Shown here: positions 26,001 to 38,362 of the stretch, in pieces | Position numbering within the stretch: the first letter of the stretch is position 1 | Layout: every line of letters begins with the position of its first letter | Translations under genes and position numbers: made by a program | Source of the DNA: Oculina patagonica | Lineage: Eukaryota | Length of the DNA: 64,000 nucleotides | Assembly (NCBI RefSeq): GCF_052425735.1 | Contig: NC_135761.1 | Coordinates: 17,050,001 to 17,114,000, forward strand | Direction: 5' to 3' | The notes under the pieces: model-generated | The model's database searches: none | Seen by the model: the letters and a program-made list of their open reading frames with translations, nothing else | What the model was told of the DNA's origin: nothing

Positions 26001-26667
26001 GTCAAAAATGTACAATTTTATCTGTCGATAAAGAGGCCGAAAGTTTTAGATGGTATTATCTTAGTCTTCGATCTTCATCCGAGCTGGCGCGTGGTTGAAA
26101 TAAATGAGTAAGCGTGCTAAAGTCAGCATACGTTTTAATCCTATTACTTACCTCTAGCTTTTCGTAACATTTCCCGATGAGATTAGTAACAAATGGACTT
26201 TGAAGCTTTTCCATTCTAGTCATTCCGCGTAAACAGCGAGTCTTAACACCTTCGCTTTTGCATTTTAAGTAGACAACTTCATGGCCTTTCCAGTCTGCCA
26301 GCCAAATGTTTTTCGTAAATCCGCCCCGAATTCTCTGTCTGTTTTGAACTTGAAGAGCAATGTCTGAGCAGTTCAACAAAGGTTCGTATTGCCTCCAGCC
26401 GGAAAAACTAAATGTTCCATTAGGGCATGGCAGACAACCCTCACGTGATATAAACATGTTGTCTGAGCACGCCATAATAACTTGTTTCTTAACGTGGCGA
26501 GGTACGCTGTCTGGTTGCGTCTCATCGCTTGTAATTAGTGGTAAAATGCCAGCAGGTTCACTGTTATATACATAGATCAGAATCAAGGCCAAGAAGACAA
26601 TGGCGATACACAGAACAGCTTTACACAAGCTTTTTAGCCTATGTGGTATCCTTGCAAAGAACGCCAT
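23095..26667 (-). CDS. POMK: POMK-like kinase copy 1 (type A); exons 26152-26667 and 23095-23661
   Basis: Type II TM segment; CPNGTF..PLLNC; GGFTK; SPIGTRVMCD; LSQYLITDDF..NDLD; APEQ; IWKVP; RPTA, all collinear with vertebrate POMK. A conserved Cys is replaced by Tyr (WRQYEP). Confidence 0.9.
23705..23949. mobile_element. MITE with TAA TSD (PIF/Harbinger-like)
   Basis: TIR GGGACGGACCATTATTTT; TAA on both sides; empty site at ~53227. Confidence 0.9.
24310..25638. mobile_element. Non-autonomous DNA transposon with 9-bp TSD (Mutator-like) in the copy 1 intron
   Basis: TIR CAATCTCGAGCCCAGAG; TSD ATGCTGCTA on both sides; empty site in the introns of copies 3, 6 and 10. Confidence 0.88.
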
Positions 26668-27981
26668 CAAGATTATAAGCAGCACCGTGTGATGTATTTA
26701 AATGTAAATGCAAGTCGTGTTCAAGTCATTTTAGGGAAAATGTAATATAGGCTTCCTTTTAAAATGCTCATAAAAAAACCTAGCAACAAGGAGAGATCAT
26801 GCGAGGTTCTTTAAATACCAGCATTGTGTATGTTGCACTGTTTACAATGACCTTCACATGTATTGGTTATAATATATATGATTTGTAACGGGAACATATA
26901 GTAGATCTAGAAAAGGTGCATCGCTCGAAATTGAATTTATAGGTGTAATGTATATTTCACCGATTGTTATTATTTTATGAGTTATGCTTAAGCAGTAGTT
27001 AGAAGCAACACGCATAAAGGCACAATTCATTCCTTCTTGTTGACAGCAGTGACATCTTGATGACTGTGTTTTACATTTTGTCGGACGAGACGTATTACGA
27101 AGAACAATCCACACGGTCACAGAATGAAATACAAAAAATATGCAGTTATAATACAGAGAATAAGTTTATTTGGAAAAAGTACAATTTAATTTAATTGACT
27201 CATACATTTTCTCTATTCAATTCACCTTTACAGCTAGAGTGAGACCATTGCTTTACATTCTTTAAGTTATGATGTTCGTTGTCAATGCGAAAGGAAATTA
27301 TAATTTTATCCTTCCGGTAAGGAAAATTTGCACCCCATCGGATTCTTATTACACGGCCCAAAATTAGTGCAAAACAGCAAAAAAATCAATTTCGGCACGA
27401 AAGTCCCACGGGATTACATACCGTACCGCACTATAATGCAAATCAGTCAAACTAGCCAGTTTACACGAGCAATTTTGAATGTGCAAATATATTTGATCGT
27501 GTACATATGGCACAACAATTATTTGTCAACAGTTCAAAGTTGAACCCCAGCTTTCACGAGCAACTTTAATGTAATATGTGTTTATTTCTTTTTTAGTAGG
27601 TAGGGGGTCATAGGGGGGCTTCCAACGGGACTAGCAATCCATTCTAAATATAGGTCAGTGAAATTGAATTTGATCAATTTTATTGTAGCCTTATGACCAT
27701 GATTTAATTCAAGTTGTAAATTTTGAAACCGCTATGAGAAATATCATATGTACTAAAGGAATTTTAGTAAATTCTATGGAAGTTGTTTCTGAAATGTTGC
27801 TAAATCCGTCACATTGGCGCTTCCATTTGCTAAATATGGTCTCGCTCCGAATATAAGCCTATAATCGGAGATCGCTTCACCAAATCAAAAAGCTGGAAAT
27901 AAAATAACCTAATGTTGAGGATATAGCCAATAAAAAAGACTAACGGGGAAAAGCGCCACCTACATCGTTTATTATTTGTTA

Positions 27982-29480
27982 TTAATGTTCGATAAGCTGT
28001 TGCACTCTCAATAACTCCTGTAGGACATCGTTGGCAGTGGGCCGTTGTTGTGGGTTAGACGCATGACACCTTTCCATCAGCTTCCGAAGTTTACTTTTCA
28101 CAAAACTGCTCCCGTTCACTTCGCCGAGTAGCCTTTCCAAAACCGCCGGAATCTTCCATATGTCCACTTTTTCGTCGTAGGTTGGCATCCGATCTAATCT
28201 GAAACGCACCGATCTATTGGGCCACCTTTGCTCTGGTGCCACAAATGGCCGTAATTCCTTCCTGTTAGTGCATAATATCCCACTTTCTTGACTGGCGTCT
28301 GGAGTGTTATCCAGATCGTTCACAACCATGTGAAAGTCATCAGTAATCAAATATTGCGACAATAATTTATATAAGTTAGCAGTATCGCACATCACACGGG
28401 TTCCGATTGGACTGTTGTGCATGAAGTTCATGATCTTGACATAATCCACGATCAGTTGAAATCTTGCCTGTATATTGTTGTACTGGGAGTACTGTGGCCG
28501 TTGAAGAATCTGGCTTAGTGTTTTTGCTGAGCCATGCTTGTAATACGCTGTTACAATCTGCAAAAAACAGCAAGTTCATGATGGCGTGGCAGAAACGCGC
28601 ACTTATCACTTTTTTTTTCTTATCACAGTTTTTGCTACCTATTATATATATTACAAACGCATCAAACATTTCAAACTATCGTCCATGTTACTTACATGTG
28701 AAAAGTAGGGCCATTAGCCCTTGAGGCTAAGCGCCCTTGAGGCTAGGGAAGATATGACATCAAACATCAGGAATAATTATTTTCACTTTCAGGGGCAACG
28801 TGTGAGTGTTCTATCAGCAATAATTTGACAAGAGTGGGAGAACCAAACAGATTCGCGGATGTCCAAAAGAAAACGTCGATTGACTTCTAATCAAGTATGT
28901 AGATCACACAGATATCTACTGAATCATAAAATGAATGTAATAAAACAATGGAACACACCTCTAGGTTTTCGTAACATCTTCCGATAAGGCGAGTAACAAA
29001 AGGCCCTTGAAGCTTTTCAATCCTTGTCATTCCGCGTAAACACTGCGTCTTAAAATTTGGGCGCGAACAATTCATATAGACAACTTGATGGCCCTTCCAG
29101 TCTGCCAGCCATTTTTCTTTCATCATTCCTCCGTGAATTCGCTGCTTGGGAAGAACTTGAAGAGCAATATGTGCGCAGTTCAACCAAGGCTCGCATTCAC
29201 TCAAGCCGGTAAAACAAAATGTTCCGTTAGGGCATGGCAGATTAAAACCATCGGGTGTTGAAAACGTGTTGTCTGAACACGTTAGGTTTCGGGCCTTTGT
29301 GTGGAATGTGATGGGGCTCCATTTTATCTTGTCACGTATTTTTAACTGAGTGCCGGTGATATGACCGTAATAGACAAAGATATATAACAACACTAAGCAA
29401 ACTGTACACGAGTAGTAAATGACTCTACACAAAAGTTTTAGCCTGTGTTGTGTTGTGTTTGCAAGGAAAGCGGTCGTCAT
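27982..29480 (-). CDS. POMK: POMK-like kinase copy 2 (type B); exons 28959-29480 and 27982-28557
   Basis: Intact frame, phase 0 intron; motifs MCD, NDLDN, FVAPEQRWP, MPTYDEKVDIWKIP. Confidence 0.92.
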
Positions 29481-29973
29481 TGTTTCTTCGAAGATCCGTG
29501 ACCGCGCGATGGAAAATATAAGCGGATGTCGATTATAGATTGAAAGAACTATAGTTACCTGGGCTGTTATACAACCATGTGTCAACAGAAGTTTTAAGAG
29601 GAAATTTCTTAAAGAATTCAACAACAGCCGGCAATCAGAATGCTATGAAAAATTGTTCGCTCATCCTCCATCCAGTCTTTATTCGCCACTCGAAGCGACG
29701 GCCTTCGGCCGCCGAAGTATTTACCGCGCGCGAGAAAAAAATCCTCTGGTACCCAGGGTATCAGCTGCAGATATCATGCGAGGTTCTTAAAATACCAGCA
29801 TCGTGAATGTTGCACTGTTTACAATGACCTTCAAATATTTTGTTTATTAAATGCGATCTACAGGATAATATAAGATTTGGTGTAACATGGGCATGTAGGT
29901 CTAAAAAGTGTTCGTCGCTCGAAATTGAATTTAATGTTTTTATTTTAAAGAAAACGACAATTTTTTTTAAGTT

Positions 29974-30017
29974 TACAAAACATGTTTCGACAGAAACCAC
30001 TGTCATCTTCAGTTGAA
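29974..30017 (-). ncRNA. Putative minimal type I hammerhead ribozyme (Penelope-like) within a ~150 bp foldback
   Basis: Minus strand UUCAA CUGAAGA U GACAG-UGGUUU-CUGUC GAAAC AU GUU UUGUA. Confidence 0.6.
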
Positions 30018-30964
30018 TGATATACAAAGCGTTGATGGTGACAGTGGATTCTGTCAAAACATGTTTTGTAAACTCAAAAAAAATTGTCGTTTTCCAGGGT
30101 AAAATTATCTTTGGAACAAGTGTAAACTGTTCTAATTATAAACAGCATTGGAGATGGCTATTCTAAAACTTAAGCTTTTTAGACTGTCAATAACTACACG
30201 TTAGAGCCATGGAGGCAGTTGGGACCTTCCTGGGATGAACACGGTAGAAGTTTAAGGCACAATAAAAATACAAAAAAAAAAAATCGACATGTAAATTCTC
30301 ATAAAGATAGTCAATTTTTTTTTAGGATTTTTCCACCTTTACGATATTCTCACCAATATTCATGTCCGTACTCGAGCAGTTACACAAATTTCAAGGCATC
30401 TTCTAACCTACCCCAGCTCAGCGCAGTTATATAACAACGACGGGTTAAAATAAGCGGAAACCAACAGGGATTAGAGATCGCTTCATTTCCATGCATACAC
30501 TTTAGAGAGTATGAAACATTTTAATAACAGTCATCCTTGAGTTTTCAATGAATTTATATGATTGTTTGGAAGTGAACAGACAGTTCACAGCCGTCTTTCA
30601 TAATTCTCGTTCTTTTCTACCATCGCCCCACCTGCTTTCCGCTTTTTTTTTTTCTCACGCTCTTTATGTACGTTAAAAAATAGAAAGGCTGTCAACAACA
30701 TCCTAAGAAGTGAATGAAAAAAAAAAAGATTCATAAAAGCAAATAAATGTCTCTCACTTGTAGTTACAATCTACCATAGAAAAAAGTGTTCAACTGTGAC
30801 AGTTTGGTAACTATTGATAATATAACATCTTTAGACGGCACAAAATTTAAGAAACGTAATTTGAAAAGTTAACATCCTTTCTTTTTCGACTTATCCCGGA
30901 AACGCTTACTTCTTATTTGGCTAAGAACTTACTTTGGGTTTACTTTTGCAACAGATACAATTGC

Positions 30965-32746
30965 TTACTGTGTGATCAGTTTCTGAACTCTGAGCAATTC
31001 CTGAAGGAGTTCGTTCGCAGTCGGCCGCCTTTTGGAGTTAGTGGCTTGACACCTTTTCATCACCCTCTCAAGTTTACTTGTTACAAAACTGCTCCCGTCC
31101 ACACCGCCTAGCAGCTTTTCCACAATCGCAGGAACCTTCCAGATTTCTATTTTTTCGTTGTTTTTCGGCGTCAAATCTAAATTGTCGGACCACCTTTGCT
31201 CTGGGGCATACCACTCCCCTGATCCCTTTCGCTTCAAGCCGTTGCAGAGTATTCCATCTTCCTGTCTGACATCAGGTGTGTTATCAAGGTCGTTCACAAC
31301 CAGGTGAAAGTCATCAGTGATCAGATATTGCGACAGTAGTTTACCCATATTATTAGTATCGCACATCACACGGGTACCGATTGGACTGTTGTGCATGAAG
31401 TACATGATCTTGACATAATCCACGATCAGTTGAAATCTTGTCTTTATATTGTTGTACTGGGAATACTGTGGCCGTTCAAGAAGCCGGTTTAGTGTTTTTG
31501 CTGAGCCATGCTTGTAATACGCTGTTACAATCTGCCAAAAAAGCCTGTTAGTTAACTTATGAACAGTCTCAGTGAAGTTTCAGTGATCACATTAAATTGT
31601 TGTTCTATCTACACTTCGAGAAGTATATGACTATCGAGCATTAAAAAAATACTCTCAAATAAATACTAGTTATGCAACTCTTTCGAGTGGTATACCATGG
31701 AATATCCCACAAGTCACTTGTATTTTCTCGGTATACACACGAGCCTTAACTCCATAAGCCATGAACCAATTGTTTATTAAGTTTGTTTAATGTTCCCAGC
31801 CTTTCGTCACCAGATGAGCCCACGACATATGTGTCAGTAAATGGCCGAGCCCACGATCTTCGTCGCCGCTGTTGCTAAGGAAACAGACCACCCTCGTTCC
31901 CATATTGGAATGACCACGGGAACGAGGTTCGAACAAGACGCTCCTTAGATCAGACTTATCGTTTCCAGCCGCTTCTGAGGCGGATTTGACCCTTCCCAGC
32001 CTGACATAGCCTTAAATAACAAATAAGTAAGGACTGGGAACGAGTCTGTCCTCTGATGAATCTCTATGTTTGTCAAAACTGTACAATTTTATCTGTCGAC
32101 ATAGAGGCCGAAAGTTTTAGAGGGTTTGTATCTTAGTATTCGATCTTTATCCGCGCTGGCGCGTGGTTAAAATAAATGAGTAAACGTGCTAAAGTCGACA
32201 AACGCTTTAATCCTATTACTTACCTCTAGCTTTTCGTAACATTTCCCAATGAGACTAGTAACAAATGGACTTTGAAGCGTTTCCATCCTAGTCATTCCGC
32301 GTAAACAGCGAATCTTAACACCTTCGCTTTTGCATTTTAAGTAGACAACTTCATGGCCTTTCCAGTCTGCCAGCCAAATGTTTTTCGTAAATCCGCCCTG
32401 GATTCTTTCTCTGTTTTGAACTTGAAGAGCAATGTCTGAGCAATTCAACAAAGGTTCGCATTTCCTCCAACCGGAAATTAAAACTAAATGTTCCATTAGG
32501 GCATGGCAGACAACCATCGCGTGTTGAAAACGTGTTGTCTGAACACGTTAGGTTTCGGGCCTTTGCGTGGAAAGTGATGGGGCTCCATTTTATCTTGTCA
32601 CGTATTTTTAACTGAGTGCCGGTGATATGACCGTAATAGACAAAAATATATAACAACACTAAGGAAACTGTACACGAGTAGTAAATGACTCTACACAAAA
32701 GTTTTAGCCTGTGTTGTGTTGCGTTTGCAAGGAAAGCGTTCGTCAT
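30965..32746 (-). pseudogene. POMK: POMK-like copy 3 (B/A hybrid), frameshifted; exons 32224-32746 and 30965-31531
   Basis: A 4-nt insertion near 32477 (ggaaattaaaactaaa vs ggaaaaactaaa in copies 1, 8 and 10) splits exon 1 into two ORFs. Confidence 0.85.
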
Positions 32747-33240
32747 TGTTTGTTCAAAGTTCCGTGACCGCGCGATGGAAAATATAAGCGGATGTCGATG
32801 ATAAAATTGAAAAAGAAAGCCATAGTTATATTACCTTGGCTGTTATACAACCATGTGTCAACAGAAGTTTTAAGAGGAAATTTCTTAAAGAATTCAACAA
32901 CAGCCGGCAATCAGAATGCTATGAAAAATTGTTCGCTCATCCTCCATCCAGTCTTTATTCGCCACTCGAAGCGACGGCCTTCGGCCGCCGAAGTATTTAC
33001 CACGCGCGAGAAAAAAATCCTCTGGTACCCAGGGTATGAGAGATCATGCGAGGTTCTTAAAATACCAGCATCGTGAATGTTGCACTGTTTACAATGACCT
33101 TCAAATGTATTGTTTATTTAATGCGATCTACAGGATAATATAGGATTTGTAACATGGACATGTAGATCTAGAAAGTATTCGTCGCTCGAAATTGAATTTA
33201 ATGTTTTTATTTTAAAAAAAACGACAATTTTTTTTAAGTT

Positions 33241-33283
33241 TACAAACATGTTTCGACAGAAACCACTGTCATCTTCAGTTAAA
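33241..33283 (-). ncRNA. Putative minimal hammerhead ribozyme, paralogous copy with weakened stem I
   Basis: Same CUGAAGA/GACAG-CUGUC/GAAAC core, with one U fewer after the cleavage triplet. Confidence 0.45.
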
Positions 33284-33981
33284 TGATACACAAAGCGTTG
33301 ATGCATGGTGACAGTGGTTTCTGACGTCGAAACATGTTTTGTAAACTTAAAAAAATTTTTTGTTTTTTTTAGAAATCTTCACTTGCCTGCTATTATCAAG
33401 ACCTAATTTTTTTTATATATATATATGACTGATTGTTATTATTTTTATAAATTATTCTTAAGCAGTAGTTAGAAGCAAAACGCCTAAAGGCATAATTCGG
33501 TCCTCTAGACTTCTTGCTGACAACGTTTTACATTTTGTCAGCTGTTAAACGTATTACCAAGAACATTCCGTACGGCCACAAGGTGAATATAAAAATGCAG
33601 TTTTGCAGGGTAAAATTATCTTTGGAACAAGTGCAAACTGTTCTTAATTTTTTGTATTTTTTTAATTCAATATTTACAAAGTGGGACCACTTTGACTTTT
33701 TAAATTCTTTGATTTTCGTTGTCAATGTGAAAAGAAATTGGGACGAAAAAGTTAAAAATCCAAATTTTATTTTTCTATTCTTTGATCCGCATTTTATTGA
33801 ATTAATGTTTTCCCTACTTGAGGTTGCCTTTGTTTTAAGATTCGCTTCTGTCTCTTTGTAACATAATAAAAATCAGATAGAAATTGATAGACTAGTTGTG
33901 AAAAAAGAAAGAGCAGGATGTAGCTGCCCAAGTGCTAAAAGTTAGCTACACTTTATACTTTAATATATGGATTTAGGCAAG

Positions 33982-34880
33982 CCTAAAAGCGGAGCTCCCC
34001 ATTTATTTAATTTTCACTGGAGCTTACAATGTTTTCATTCTAGTGAATAAGCGGCCAAAGTACTAATGTTTATGGCGGTTTATAGGTGCGACACAAATTT
34101 AAATAGCTCACGGTTATACTGAATGTCAGCAGTACGACAAAAATAATAATCTTAAAGCTGGGCAAAATCATTACTCATGGCACGAAAATTACTTTAGAGT
34201 ACAGTACATTATCTGCTTTCTAGCAATAGAAAATAGTTTCGCGATCCTGTTATAGTTTTGCAGCAGTTTAGTAGACTCCACAATATCTATTACATTGATA
34301 TAGGATATATTCAATGTGCATTACAGAGTCTGTCGGATTAGCTCAATCGGTAAGGTGTCAGTTTGCGGATCCAGAGGTCGTGAGTTCAAATTCCAGAGGG
34401 TCAAGTTTTTTTTTTCTTTTTTTCTTTTTTTTTTACCCCGTAGCAATAAAATGGTTTGTTTATTTATTATATCAACCCGATTTAGCTTTCGAATGCTCCT
34501 TCATGTACGATGCTGTCTTTACAGATAGACACGAAAGTCATCGATCGATTATGGCTCTCAATGTCCACTTTTTTGGCGGTCGATTACTTTCTACACGGAA
34601 TTTTCAGCCACATTTTGTTTCATTGCTTCTTGTTTTTCTTTTCAAACCTGTTTAAATTTTACAGGCCGCCTTTATACGGCCTTCTTGCTTCACTATTTCT
34701 ACCATCAAACTATGGCGGCCATGTTGCGCGACTCCGTACGCCGTACGCCGTACGGACGCGCCCGAGAACCATGCCGCTATCCATGTTGACCATGAAAACT
34801 CATTTCGATAGTGTTCCTTCTTTCATGCGTATGGGGCTCTGCTCTGCGGCCCTGCGGGCCGCTGTAGAGCTCCGCTATAA
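33982..34880. mobile_element. TIR element (AGCGGAGCTC ends) with an internal tRNA-like segment at ~34331-34410
   Basis: Inverted ends AAAGCGGAGCTC and GAGCTCCGCTAT; A box TAGCTCAATCGG, B box GTTCAAATTCC; related partial copy at ~10720-11040. Confidence 0.6.
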
Positions 34881-35950
34881 AAATCCCTGTTTAAAGATAT
34901 AGGTTTCTTTGATTTAGGCAAACATCTTTGAAGTCGAACCCGAAAGACTGACTTAATGTTTAATGTCTGTTATAACTGAGGAGGACTAAAGATAAATTGC
35001 ATCACGTACAAGCCCCACAGCACCTGCGTAGCTTACAGTTATTAATAATATTAGTGACCACGATGCTGTAGGCGTTGTATTAATGATTTCTTGCCTGTGA
35101 TTTATCGGACTGATGGCTGACAGAAGATTCCGTCATGCAGTGCGTGGGGTGATTCTGTGTCGCGCGTCATTTGAGTTCAGGGTCCAAGGAAAAGGCTATT
35201 TATGGACGACATAAAATAATACTTATTCAAAGAAGGACCATAAAGTCAAAACTCTAAGACGTCATGATAAATGGTTTGATGTCAGAGTCCTTGAAACAGA
35301 CGGGGTTTCACTTGAGTGCCAAAAATAATTCGCGTTTGCATAAATATGCTTAGTAGGAAATTTTAATTTATTGAAATTTTGAAATTATTTGTCTGTAAAC
35401 TATTTTTATATAAGTTAGATACGGATAGAATACAGAAAATTTCAATAACTAAATTCATGAATTGCCAAATGCAGTTTACGTTTTTAGGCATGCTGCTAGA
35501 AAACGAAAAAACGTTAGCACGTTTGTTTCTTTGTCGATGTTTTAAAACTTTTGAGCCACGCGTTTATTTTTTTCAAATTTCTTTAATGGTCTTCCAACGG
35601 GAATAGCAATCCATTCTGAATATAGGTCAGTGAAATTGAATTTGATCAATTTTATTGTAGCCTTATGACCATGATTTAATTCAAGTTGTCAATTTTTAAA
35701 CCGCTATGAGAAATATCATATGTACTAAAGGAATTTTAGTAAATTCTATGAAAGTTGTTTCTGAAATGTTGCTGAATCTGTCACATTGGCGCTTCCATTT
35801 ACTAAAAATGGTCTCGATCCGGATATAAGCCTATAATCGGAGATCGCTTCACCAAATCAAAAAGCTGGAAATACAATAACCTAAGGTTGAGGATATAGCC
35901 AATAAAAAAGACTAACGGGGAAAAGCACCACCTACATCGTTTATTATTTG

Positions 35951-38362
35951 TCATTTATGTGCGATAAGCTGTTGCACTCTCAATAACTCCTGTAGGACAT
36001 CGTTGGCAGTGGGCCGTTGTTGTGGGTTAGACGCATGACACCTTTCCATCACCTTCCGAAGTTTACTTTTCACAAAACTGCTCCCGTTCACTTCGCCGAG
36101 TAGCCTTTCCAAAACCGCCGGAATCTTCCATATGTCCACTTTTTCGTCGTAGGTCGGCATCCGATCTAATCTGAAACGCACCGATCTATTGGGCCACCTT
36201 TGCTCTGGTGCCACGAATGTCCGTAATTCCTTTTTGTTATTGCATAATATCCCATTTTCTTGACTGGCGTCTGGTGTATTATTGAGGTCGTTCACAACCA
36301 TGTGAAAGTCGTCAGTAATCAAATATTGCGACAATAATTTATCTAAGTTAGCAGTATCGCACATCACACGGGTTCCGATTGGACTGTTGTGCATGAAGTT
36401 CATGATCTTGACATAATCCACGATCAGTTGAAATCTTGTCTTTATATTGTTGTAGTGGGAGTACTCTGGCCGTTGAAGAATCCGGTCTAGTGTTTTTGCT
36501 GAGCCATGCTTGTAATACGCTGTTACAATCTGCAAGAAAACAGCAAGCTTTAATCTCTTGTTTGTGTAGCAGGGATGGAGCGTCACTGCTCACAAAATAG
36601 TTTTAGCTATAGCTTTTCTTATTTACAAACGCATCAAATATATCAAACTATCGTCCATGTTACTTACAGTAGGGCCATAAATTTAAACTGAGTCCTTGAG
36701 GGAAAACATAGTAACATTGATAGCTTGTTACAAGCATTGTATACGCATTTTATTACGTCTGCAAGCGGCCTTACAGAGCGGTAGGCAGTTGTTTCGTCCA
36801 CAAAGGTCAATTGAAAATAAAAATGCAAAAAATAATTTTGTTCATTTTACAAACTGTCGATCGCTTTTCATTAGTTCTTTAAACTCGAGTCAAATTATTC
36901 AAAAATGGGATGCGGTCGGTATTAACCGGCATTCTAAAGGATTTTTTTCGCTCGAGCCACCATGTTTGTCCACTTAACTATTTATAGTACATTCTTCCTC
37001 ATCTGTAACAAGGCCCTGAATGTTGTCTTCAGTCTTCTGGTGTCCTTTGGCGATAGTATCTGCATGAAGCCATCAGGTTTTCCAACGCCAAAAGAATTAC
37101 TTTAATTGGTTTGACAGCTTCAATGGTTCGGGAATTCCTAAACATATCACTTCATTAAAGATATGAATATATTGACTAATATTTTTAGTTCTTGTCCAAT
37201 ATCGCTCATAGAACATAGAGGCAAATAGTCTCATTGTTTTAATGGGCACTGTTAGTGATTCCAGTCCGAGAAAAAATATTACAATTTATGCATAACATCA
37301 AACATCGGGAATAATTATTTTCACTTTCAGGGGCAACGTGTGAGTGTTCTATCATTAATAAGAGGGTCTCAATGGGGTTAACCGTTAGCCGTAAAACGGC
37401 CAAAAATTTAGCCGTTAGGCGTAAAAAATGGAAAATTTTAACCGTTAGCTGTAAAATGTGTTAACCGTAAAAATCGGTCAGTGATTATAAATAACCCAAA
37501 CTAGCTCACTTCATCGTCCCAAAAATGGTCCAAAGACCTAAAATATGTTTTTCAATAATGGAAATTGATTATTAACTATTAAAAACAATGAAAATTAACT
37601 TTTAACTTCTGTTAACCGTAATGGAAATAAATTAACCGTTAGCCGTAAAAAGGCCAAAATTTTAACCGTTAACCGTAAAAGCCCCCACCCCATTGAGACC
37701 CTCTAATAATTGACAAAGGTGGGGGTGCCAATCAGATTCGCGGATGTCCAAAGGAAAACGTCGAGTGACTTCTAATCAAGTATGTAGATCACACAGATAT
37801 TCACTTTATCATAAAATGAATGTAATAAAACGATGGAACACACCTCTAGGTTTTCGTAACATCTTCCGATAAGGCGAGTAACAAAAGGCCCTTGAAGCTT
37901 TTCAATCCTTGTCATTCCGCGTAAACACTGCGTCTTAAAATTTGGGCGCGAACAATTCATATAGACAACTTGATGGCCCTTCCAGTCTGCCAGCCATTTT
38001 TCTTTCATCATTCCTCCGTGAATTCGCTGCTTGGGATGAACTTGAAGAGCAATATGTGAGCAGTTCAACCAAGGCGCGCATTCACTCAAGCCGGTAAAAC
38101 AAAATGTTTCGTTAGGGCATGGCAGATTAAAACCATCGGGTGTTGGAAACGTGTTGTCTGAACACGTTAGGTTTCGGGCCTTTGTGTGGAATGTGATGGG
38201 GCTCCATTTTATCTTGTCACGTATTTTTAAAGTGCCGGTGATATGACCGTAATAGACAAAGATATATAACAACACTAAGGAAACTGTACACGAGTAGTAA
38301 ATGACTCTACACAAAAGTTTTAGCCTGTGTTGTGTTGTGTTTGCAAGGAAAGCGGTCGTCAT
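35951..38362 (-). CDS. POMK: POMK-like kinase copy 4 (type B); exons 37844-38362 and 35951-36529
   Basis: Intact frame; variant motifs NDLNN and CNNK; possible in-frame upstream ATG. Confidence 0.9.
37362..37703. mobile_element. MITE (TAA/TAATAA duplication) in the copy 4 intron
   Basis: TIR GAGGGTCTCAATGGGGT; internal AACCGTTA/CCGTAAAA repeats; empty site at ~48290. Confidence 0.88.

Noticed and set aside
34331-34410. Functional tRNA gene
   Set aside because: A and B boxes are present but the cloverleaf stems are degenerate, and it lies inside a repeat.
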